IMG/VR virus record: IMGVR_UViG_3300048082_000027
Location: 1 to 31,906 of that record
DNA from: a virus
Taxonomy: Duplodnaviria > Caudoviricetes
DNA: 31,906 nt
Direction: 5' to 3' (one strand)
Shown: positions 24,605 through 31,906 of the stretch, in pieces
How positions within the stretch are numbered: position 1 is the first letter of the stretch
Layout: each line of letters begins with the position of its first letter
Made by a program: the position numbers and the translations under genes
Notes under the pieces: generated by a model
What the model saw: only the letters and a program-made list of their open reading frames with translations
The model's database searches: none
Told to the model about the DNA's origin: nothing

Positions 24605-24939
24605 AAAAGTGGTATGACATGTTTGATGACTTTGATGCGATAGAACAGTCATTTGCTAAACAATATCCGCAGAAGGATTTGTACGCTAATGATATGGATT
24701 ACAAAGAATTTATCGTACTCCTTTCAGGCTTGGACGAAACAACACCTTTAGGAAAACTGGTAATCATACGTTCGGAAGAAGATCCCGAGGTTATAAAGAC
24801 CTTTACCAAGGTTCAAAAACGCATTCGTGACGATTATCGTAATAAAAAAATGCGAAAAGAGGTTAGTGTAATGACTGACGAAGAAAGAAAAATGAGAGCA
24901 AGAGAACTTTATAATGATTTTGTACAAAAATTCAAATAG
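24595..24939 (+). CDS. Tail assembly chaperone -1 frameshift extension (gpT / Gp15-like)
   Basis: The -1 frame is open from GGG AAA GTA GAA AAG TGG TAT GAC ATG; WYDMFDDFDAIEQSFAKQY...TPLGKLVIIRSE; no strong SD before ATG 24619. Confidence 0.82.
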   Translation, partial: GKVEKWYDMFDDFDAIEQSFAKQYPQKDLYANDMDYKEFIVLLSGLDETTPLGKLVIIRSEEDPEVIKTFTKVQKRIRDDYRNKKMRKEVSVMTDEERKMRARELYNDFVQKFK

Positions 24940-24970
24940 GCACAGCACAGTGTCTATTTTTCTTTTTATA
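24934..24970 (+). terminator. Intrinsic terminator-like hairpin before the tape measure gene
   Basis: AAATAGGCAC-AGCACA-GTGTCTATTT followed by a T-rich tract. Confidence 0.65.
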
Positions 24971-24990
24971 TTTGAAAGGTAGGTGATTAA

Positions 24991-27900
24991 ATGGCAGATG
25001 ACGACAGTGTAGGAAAAGTATCATTAGACTTTGAAATAAGTTCCGATTTAGAAAAACAAACCAAGAACGCAGGAAAAGTTTTGGCCGAGAGTTTCGAAGA
25101 AAATTTTCAAAAATCAATGTCTACAATGTTTGATAAAATTGGTTCTAGTTTAAGCGACAGCATGAAAGTAATTCAAGACAGCATGTCGCAGGCATTAGAT
25201 GCAATGATAAATAAACTAGAACAATCGATCAAACGGATGACCGAAATGTTTAAGGATATAAGAATCAAGCAACCAGATCAAAATTTTACTGTTCCAACTT
25301 CAAACGTCAGCATACCACAAACTACGATTGCTACACCTAAAATTAGAGGTCCTCCCGTTGCTGATGACATACAAGCTGATTACTTATTGAACAAAATGAA
25401 TTTAATAGGGGAAGAAATGGATGCGCTAAAAAATAAATCGTATCCTCTTAAGGACGCTTTAAAAGATGCCTTAGATGGTTCAGACGAAGCCAATAAATTG
25501 CAATCGCAACTTCTCAAAATAGAGCAACGACTTAACGAATTACGTTTTAAATTTGACCAAGTTGGTGCATCTTACGACGCTATTAATAACAAACAATTGA
25601 ATTTAGGAGGCGAGCAAGTTGAACAAGAAATAACAATCTGGGCACGATTGAAAAACATGATTGAAAGTGTCAATCTTAGTCTTGGCAAAGTTGTAAAAGG
25701 CTTAACGGGACTTGGAGGGCGCTTTAAACAAATTGGTAAGCAATTGGGAAATGTCATTAAGAAAATAGGTTCATTAGGAAAGGGTATAAAAACAGTATTC
25801 AATAAACTGAACCCTTTTTCTAAGGGGTTAAACAATGTAGGTAATTCTGCAAATAAATCTGCTCTAAATTTTGGTAAATTAACAAGAAGTTTAATAGTTT
25901 CAAATTTAATCATGAGTGGTTTAAGACGAGGAGTTAGAGCTCTATCGACTAGTTTATGGAATTCTTTAAAGGCTAACGACCAGTTTAATCATTCTTTAAA
26001 TCAAATTAAAACTAATCTCCAAGTGGCGTTTATGCCTATCTATAGTGCTATTTTACCAGCGCTAAATGCTTTAATGTCCGCTTTGGTTACAATTACATCG
26101 ACAATTGCTAATTTCTTTAATGCTTTGTTTGGGTCGACGTATAATGCATCCTTAGCTACTGCAAAATCTTTAAATACTGCGACGGGAGCAGTAAAAAAAT
26201 ATGGTAAAGCAGTCAAAGAAGTTAATAACTCAACAGGATTGGACGAACTGAATATTGTGAGCCCAAACCAAGAAACGCCAGATAATGATTCTGGTGGCGG
26301 AACTGGCGGCGGTGGATTAGTTAACGGAAACATGGGCGATGGTGGTGCGAGTGACTTTGCACAAATGATAAAAGACGCATGGGCAAATGCTGATTTTACA
26401 GACATCGGAAGAATCGTAGGGGAAAAAATAAACAGAGCGTTAGAAAGTATTAATTGGACTAAAATACAAGCCACTTTAGACAAAATAGCAAAAAGTACTG
26501 CGACTTTTTTAAATGGCTTCATTGAAGCAACCGACTGGACTTTAGTTGGATACACATTAGCACAAGGAATTAACACCGTTTTTAGGACAGCTGATACATT
26601 TGCAACTAATTTTGATTGGAGTAATTTAGGCAATGCAATTGGTGACGGTATTAACGGGGTACTTAACAATCTGGATTGGGGCGCAATAAAAAGTGCGTGT
26701 ATAAACGTTACAAAAGGTATAGCTGATACGTTAAATAGCGCCATGAAAACCATAGACTGGGGACTGGTGGGATACAGCTTTGGTCAAGGAATCAATACCA
26801 TTTTTGACATAGGTTATACGTTTGTTAGTACATTCGATTGGGGATTGTTTGGTTTCTCAATCGCAGAAGGGATAAATGGAGCAATTCATACAATTGAATG
26901 GGGCAAAATTGGTAAAACGCTAAGCGACGGTACTCGTGGTCTATTAAAATCACTTATTGAATTTATAACCAATTTAGATTGGGGAGCGCTTGGAAGAGCT
27001 ATTTTCGAACTGTTAGCTAGTATTGATTGGTTTGGTATTATTGCTGATTTAGCGTTAGTGATAGGTACGGCTATCTTAGGGATACACATTGCATTGTTCT
27101 CTTTCATCGCAGAAGCAGTAGGAAACATAGGTAATTATTTTGCCGAAAAAATCAAGGAATGCGGTGGTTACATTATAATTGGACTTTTCAGAGGTATTAT
27201 CGATGCGATGGTTGGTATTAGTACTTGGTTATATAACAATTTAGCAAAGCCGTTTGTTGATGCATTCAAAAAGTTGTTTGGTATTAACTCGCCGTCAACC
27301 GTTTTTGCGGAATTGGGTGGTTTCATTATGCAAGGTTTACTAAACGGTATTTCTGCTTTGATAGCTTTGCCAGCAGAATTGTTCATGATGATATGGGACG
27401 GTATTAGCGCAATATTTACTAATGTCGGCTCGTGGTTTGACGAAAAGTTTACCGGCGCAAGAGAAGCAGTCTTTTCCGCATTTTCAAGTGTGGGACAGTA
27501 TTTTGGCAATGTATGGCAAGGTATTAAAGATGCTTTTGGTAACATTACCGGTTGGTTTAGAGACCAATTTTCAAGAGCTTGGCAAGCTGTCAAGGACGTC
27601 TTCAGTTCAGGTGGAGCGGTATTTTCAGGCATAACAGACGGGATTTTGAACGGGCTAAAAGCTGTAATAAATGCACTGATTAAAGGTATTAACAGCATTG
27701 TCGCTATACCATTCAATGGGCTTAATTCGGCCTTGAATGCACTTAGAAGTTTGAGTTTACCAGTTATTGGTGCGCCGTTTGGTTTTTTACCAACTATCGA
27801 TGTACCAAAAATACCTATGCTAGCACAAGGTGGATACGTTGAAGCTAATACACCACAGCTTGCAATTATTGGAGATAACAAACACCAAGGAGAGGTTGTA

Positions 27901-28134
27901 GCTCCAGAAGATAAGTTATTTGATGTTAATATGAGAGCCTTGAAAGAATTTGCAGGTAATCAAAATAATGACACATCTCCAGAAAGTATTGAGTTATTTA
28001 AAGAAATGGTAATGTTGATGAAAGAAATGATACGAGCAATTAATGCAATTGATTTATATATAGGTGACCGAGATATCGCTAGAGCAAATCGCCGAGGGCA
28101 AAAGCAACTAGGTCATAATTTTGAGGGGTGGTAA
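24991..28134 (+). CDS. Tail tape measure protein
   Basis: 1047 aa, helical, periodic Trp/Phe repeats (DW..G), GINSPSTVF, IPMLAQGG. Confidence 0.93.
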   Translation: MADDDSVGKVSLDFEISSDLEKQTKNAGKVLAESFEENFQKSMSTMFDKIGSSLSDSMKVIQDSMSQALDAMINKLEQSIKRMTEMFKDIRIKQPDQNFTVPTSNVSIPQTTIATPKIRGPPVADDIQADYLLNKMNLIGEEMDALKNKSYPLKDALKDALDGSDEANKLQSQLLKIEQRLNELRFKFDQVGASYDAINNKQLNLGGEQVEQEITIWARLKNMIESVNLSLGKVVKGLTGLGGRFKQIGKQLGNVIKKIGSLGKGIKTVFNKLNPFSKGLNNVGNSANKSALNFGKLTRSLIVSNLIMSGLRRGVRALSTSLWNSLKANDQFNHSLNQIKTNLQVAFMPIYSAILPALNALMSALVTITSTIANFFNALFGSTYNASLATAKSLNTATGAVKKYGKAVKEVNNSTGLDELNIVSPNQETPDNDSGGGTGGGGLVNGNMGDGGASDFAQMIKDAWANADFTDIGRIVGEKINRALESINWTKIQATLDKIAKSTATFLNGFIEATDWTLVGYTLAQGINTVFRTADTFATNFDWSNLGNAIGDGINGVLNNLDWGAIKSACINVTKGIADTLNSAMKTIDWGLVGYSFGQGINTIFDIGYTFVSTFDWGLFGFSIAEGINGAIHTIEWGKIGKTLSDGTRGLLKSLIEFITNLDWGALGRAIFELLASIDWFGIIADLALVIGTAILGIHIALFSFIAEAVGNIGNYFAEKIKECGGYIIIGLFRGIIDAMVGISTWLYNNLAKPFVDAFKKLFGINSPSTVFAELGGFIMQGLLNGISALIALPAELFMMIWDGISAIFTNVGSWFDEKFTGAREAVFSAFSSVGQYFGNVWQGIKDAFGNITGWFRDQFSRAWQAVKDVFSSGGAVFSGITDGILNGLKAVINALIKGINSIVAIPFNGLNSALNALRSLSLPVIGAPFGFLPTIDVPKIPMLAQGGYVEANTPQLAIIGDNKHQGEVVAPEDKLFDVNMRALKEFAGNQNNDTSPESIELFKEMVMLMKEMIRAINAIDLYIGDRDIARANRRGQKQLGHNFEGW

Positions 28135-28138
28135 AAAA

Positions 28139-28510
28139 ATGGGTGCAAATATAGTAGTTAATGGTGTACGCTTACCAGAACCTGACAGGGGTTTCAAAGT
28201 AGTTGTATCTACAATGGTCAACGTAGGCAGAAATGCAAACGGTGTGATGGTGGGCGAAAAAATAGGTAGAGAAATATATAAATTAGACGGCCTGAAATGG
28301 TCGTTTTTAACTGCCCAACAATGGGCTTCGATATTACAAGCTGTCAAGCCATTTTATGTAAATGTTACTTTTACAAACCCCGAAACAAACCAACGAATGA
28401 CTGTGCGTATGTATCCTGGTGATCGAGATGGCGAAGCCCTGGATTCTAATAACGGGGTAATAGAAATGTACAAAAATTGCAAAGTAAACTTAATTGATAA
28501 AGGGGGATAG
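28139..28510 (+). CDS. Distal tail (Dit-like) protein
   Basis: Follows the tape measure gene; GRNANGVM...KWSFLT...MYPGDR...VNLID. Confidence 0.7.
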   Translation: MGANIVVNGVRLPEPDRGFKVVVSTMVNVGRNANGVMVGEKIGREIYKLDGLKWSFLTAQQWASILQAVKPFYVNVTFTNPETNQRMTVRMYPGDRDGEALDSNNGVIEMYKNCKVNLIDKGG

Positions 28511-28513
28511 GGG

Positions 28514-30829
28514 ATGTTAAGCGTAACCGAAGCATACAAAGAACAAATGCGGGGTGAGCGTAACGCCCCACATGTAAGAATTACATACGATTTTGTTAAT
28601 ACACGCGCACAAAATGGCGCTGTTTTTAACAGGTCATTGTCTAAGAATTGTATCTTTTTGGGCAATGACCCACAGCTATTAACAGCTGGGAATAAACCAG
28701 TATACACGTACGTAACAGCTGAAAAGGATCGTATGCCAACAGGTGATAATAATAATTTTAGAATAATACCTTATGGTGACTCTCCCCTATATAATGAACA
28801 AGATAAAGTGATATCAGAAACTTTAAGCGGTGAGGATGGTATGTTTACTATTCCTCCTACTATCGTTTTTGATTTTGATTCACCACAAGAATTTTTTGGT
28901 TTTTCCATTTTGTTTGACTATTTTGGTGGCGGTTATGCGACTGATTTTGAGTTGCATTTTATCAAAAATGGTAGTGCGACGGAGGTAACGTATGTAACTG
29001 ATTGTAACTCAAGTCAATACGTACTAGAAAATATTGATAAAACTGATATTGTGTCAATTAAAATAGTAATAAACGCTTGGAGTCACCCACATCAAAGGGC
29101 TAGAATGGGAACAATCGATTTTGGAGTACAGATGGAAATTACCAATCATCAACTTAGTGACAAAGGAGTCACACATAGTCGTAGTATTGACTTATTAAGT
29201 ATCGAGTTAAGCCGAAATGAGATAGACTTTAATATTACTAACTTAGAGGGTGATTTTAATGCATTAAACCCTACTGGGTTATGGCGTTATGTAGAGCCTA
29301 ATCAAAAGGTGGTGTTGGAATATGGGCGAGAAATAGACGGCGTAATTGAGTGGTTAAAGGCAGACACGTTGTATCTAGACGGTAACGCCACTGCTGATTC
29401 TTTAGGTGTTAGTTTTTATGGGCGAGACAAATTGAGCTCGCTAGAACATGAGTGTTATGGTGCGCCGATTTCCGAACATGATAAGCATCATCCACGTGGG
29501 ATCTCACTTAGTAATTTGGCTAAAATAATTATTGATGACTACCCGGAAACCATTCCATATAAATTAGATCCTTGTTTAGATACCATATATACAACTGCCA
29601 GATTAGATATCATGGACATCAAAGAGGCGTTACAATTAATTGCCAACGCAGGGCATTGTATTTTATACACCGACCACAACGGAGTGGTTACTTTTAAAAA
29701 TGCATTAGACCCTATTATAACTGTTTCTGATAACGGGGGATTAGAACCTTTGAGTAATACGCAAAGAGCGTTTAACGATATCCGATTACCGACACAGTCA
29801 TATGTTGTTGCAGATAAAGATTACATCACTACAAATGGCACAATGCTTATCGCCAGTGATGATTTCGACCAACTGCAGACAACTGGCTTTATTAGTAAAA
29901 ATGTATCAAATAGTAATGGTATATTTGCGATAAAGCCAACAATCACTATTAGTTACTCTATCCCTACATCAATATACGAACTGCCTATTGTATTTGATAA
30001 TGTAAAAAATGAGTATGCGACGAGCTTTAGTGTTACTTACCAATTTAACAACCAAACGGTTGATACTGTCAATGTAACTAATAATACACAGGTTAGATAC
30101 TCCGTTTTAAAAAACGTCGAAAGATTAGACAAAATCATTATTACAATCAACAGTTGGTCTAAACCGAACCAAAGGAGCGTGGTCAATCAGATAAACGGAG
30201 GTCGTGTTAACGATTTTTATCTAGATTTTAATAATGCAACGCAAAAACCAGTCGTAAGCAGTATCGATAAAATCAAACAGATTGACATTAGTTTTTTTGT
30301 ATTGCAACCGGGAGTTGAAACAATAGAGGTTGAGGGGTATTGTTCGAGGGTCGAAAATGGGAATGCGTATTATAAAATAACCCATGAGCCAGTTTTTCAA
30401 ACAGTACCGAGCTTTGATATTAACGTATCAGTCAACGGGATATACGCCATGTATCCAACATGTACAGAATTTTCGATTCGTTGGACTTCACCCGCAGAGC
30501 CGCCAAAAGTCACACTGGTGGGAACTAAGATAGACATGGTAGAACATATAAATAGTGTCGTTTTTAACCATCATGGGATCACTAAGACATTTAGAAACCC
30601 GTTGATAACCAGCAGAGAACAATCGGAATTGATTGCGAGATGGCTATACGATTACATAGAAAAAACCAGTACATTTAACGTACCTTACAGAGGTAATCCT
30701 GAAGTTGAACCATTTGATGTTATATACCTACAATCACAATTCGAGGATTATGTAGTGTCTAGAGTAAAATCGAATACTATCAACTTTAACGGTGGTATGT
30801 CTGGGGAAATGGAGGTAATTAAATTATGA
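28514..30829 (+). CDS. Tail tip / baseplate hub protein with a duplicated internal domain
   Basis: 771 aa after Dit; EALQLIANAG and YRGNPEVEPFD hub-like motifs; two similar beta-rich segments. Confidence 0.72.
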   Translation: MLSVTEAYKEQMRGERNAPHVRITYDFVNTRAQNGAVFNRSLSKNCIFLGNDPQLLTAGNKPVYTYVTAEKDRMPTGDNNNFRIIPYGDSPLYNEQDKVISETLSGEDGMFTIPPTIVFDFDSPQEFFGFSILFDYFGGGYATDFELHFIKNGSATEVTYVTDCNSSQYVLENIDKTDIVSIKIVINAWSHPHQRARMGTIDFGVQMEITNHQLSDKGVTHSRSIDLLSIELSRNEIDFNITNLEGDFNALNPTGLWRYVEPNQKVVLEYGREIDGVIEWLKADTLYLDGNATADSLGVSFYGRDKLSSLEHECYGAPISEHDKHHPRGISLSNLAKIIIDDYPETIPYKLDPCLDTIYTTARLDIMDIKEALQLIANAGHCILYTDHNGVVTFKNALDPIITVSDNGGLEPLSNTQRAFNDIRLPTQSYVVADKDYITTNGTMLIASDDFDQLQTTGFISKNVSNSNGIFAIKPTITISYSIPTSIYELPIVFDNVKNEYATSFSVTYQFNNQTVDTVNVTNNTQVRYSVLKNVERLDKIIITINSWSKPNQRSVVNQINGGRVNDFYLDFNNATQKPVVSSIDKIKQIDISFFVLQPGVETIEVEGYCSRVENGNAYYKITHEPVFQTVPSFDINVSVNGIYAMYPTCTEFSIRWTSPAEPPKVTLVGTKIDMVEHINSVVFNHHGITKTFRNPLITSREQSELIARWLYDYIEKTSTFNVPYRGNPEVEPFDVIYLQSQFEDYVVSRVKSNTINFNGGMSGEMEVIKL

Positions 30830-31233
30830 CATGGGTTGAACCTAAAATTAACTGGGATGGAAATCCCGAAGAACACTTCAATATAGAACCTGATTATATT
30901 CGCATCAAAAATAATATTGAGTTTTTGCACGAATTGGGTTGTAAGCTGTATCTTAATTTTAATATAAATGAGATGCGAGACGTCAAATTAGGTGATGTTT
31001 TAACAGTTAGTTCTTTTAATACGGTGAGTGATAACGTAGATACAGTAATTCAAAATACTTTTATTCCCCAAGGATACACAAAAGTAAAACCAAGAACGGG
31101 GAACGGAGTTGTCTGGAGTTTTACAGAATTAAATACGTTAGAAAATAACTTATTAGAATTAAACGATATATTACAATTACAAAAAAATGCCCGAAAGAGA
31201 TTATCTTTCAGGTTAGGAGGAGGTAAAATATGA
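30826..31233 (+). CDS. Minor tail protein
   Basis: MTWVEPKINW...DYIRIKNNI...ELNTLENNL...LSFRLGG. Confidence 0.65.
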   Translation: MTWVEPKINWDGNPEEHFNIEPDYIRIKNNIEFLHELGCKLYLNFNINEMRDVKLGDVLTVSSFNTVSDNVDTVIQNTFIPQGYTKVKPRTGNGVVWSFTELNTLENNLLELNDILQLQKNARKRLSFRLGGGKI

Positions 31234-31724
31234 GCTTAAAAACAGATTATAAAGACGATATACCAAAGACTGCACAGCGGAAATACGAGTTGATTAATAA
31301 CGATGACGGAACTGTATCTTTAAAGGATGTTACCGAATATACACAGGTAGGTGATACATTTGGTGCAGGTGACATAAATACCATTACCAATGCGGTTAAC
31401 AATTTAAATAGTGATGTGTTATTTACGACCGCCAACGTAAATAACGGTGTAACATCGTTTACTGTGCCAAACATTAATAAATACAGGGTTTTACTTGTTA
31501 GATGTGGCGCATCGTTAAACAATACTACTACCGTTAATCTACCACTGACACCTAATGTGACATCGTACAACACAACGGCATTCATTGCTAATGACGATGG
31601 ATTAGCGTTCGCAGCAATGATTTCTATCAGAATAACAGGTGTCAATTTAACCCTTAGTCGCCATTGGATAAAGGGTTGGCAGGACTCGCAATTAAGAATT
31701 TTTGAAATAGTAGGATTGACATAA
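31230..31724 (+). CDS. Putative short tail fibre / receptor-binding protein
   Basis: LKTDYKDD...N.DGTVSL.DVTEYTQVGD.FGA.DIN N terminus plus a beta-rich C-terminal domain; last tail gene. Confidence 0.6.
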   Translation: MSLKTDYKDDIPKTAQRKYELINNDDGTVSLKDVTEYTQVGDTFGAGDINTITNAVNNLNSDVLFTTANVNNGVTSFTVPNINKYRVLLVRCGASLNNTTTVNLPLTPNVTSYNTTAFIANDDGLAFAAMISIRITGVNLTLSRHWIKGWQDSQLRIFEIVGLT

Positions 31725-31906
31725 TGGAAAATATAACAAAGAGTTTTAATAGTCTTATTGCCGTGATTGCAACAGGGCTTATTTACATGCTTGGTGGCTG
31801 GGATATATCGATAGCTGTTTTAGTGGTATTTTTGATACTAGATTACGTGTCTGGTATTTTGAAGGCAATTATAAATAAAGAATTATCGAGTGCTATCGGA
31901 TACCAG
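31724..31906 (+). CDS. Holin (Phage_holin_4_1 type), truncated by the window end
   Basis: Hand-translated MENITKSFNSLIAVIATGLIYMLGGWDISIAVLVVFLILDYVSGILKAIINKELSSAIGYQ. Confidence 0.88.
   Translation, partial: MENITKSFNSLIAVIATGLIYMLGGWDISIAVLVVFLILDYVSGILKAIINKELSSAIGYQ

Larger units (their letters stand above)
1..31906. mobile_element. Temperate siphovirus-type prophage (partial: integrase to holin; att sites and lysin outside the window)
   Basis: Canonical module order: lysogeny, replication, late activator, packaging, head, tail with tape measure, lysis. No host housekeeping genes seen. Confidence 0.97.

Noticed and set aside
2919-31645. Numerous minus-strand and nested ORFs in the track (e.g. 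6126-6554, 26040-26753, 27168-27881)
   Set aside because: Shadows of well-supported + strand genes, with no recognisable motifs.
31230-31724. Possible diversity-generating retroelement target in the last tail gene
   Set aside because: No reverse transcriptase or template repeat seen in the window; cannot be excluded beyond the edge.
1-31906. CRISPR array, tRNA, rRNA, IS element, intron or intein
   Set aside because: No repeat-spacer array, cloverleaf or transposase noticed; terL, helicase and capsid genes look uninterrupted and of normal length.

Overview
The whole window is the left-to-central part of a temperate, long-tailed (siphovirus-type) prophage of a low-GC Firmicute. Order: tyrosine integrase, Zn-ribbon membrane protein and CI-like repressor (- strand); then on + strand Cro-like protein, excisionase-like HTH, Rha/KilA-C antirepressor, small early ORFs, a recombination/replication module (AAA ATPase with an ATA start, Gp157, SSB-like, ERCC4 nuclease, initiator with internal origin repeats, DnaB-like helicase), a C5 DNA methyltransferase, an accessory block rich in unannotated small membrane proteins, a RinA/ArpU-type late activator, terminase, head, neck and tail genes (with a lambda-type GGGAAAG -1 frameshift), and a holin cut by the window edge. 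The most notable unannotated signal is an RNA regulatory layer. Two near-consensus sigma-A antisense promoters, each overlapping the ribosome-binding region of an early gene, would drive short terminated RNAs whose hairpins all carry the loop UUGCCG. The complementary CGGCAA loop appears in hairpins of both early mRNAs, including one after cro that has no antisense promoter of its own. Further structured leaders sit before the methyltransferase, terS and the scaffold gene. All product calls come from motif recognition and gene order; no database search was run.
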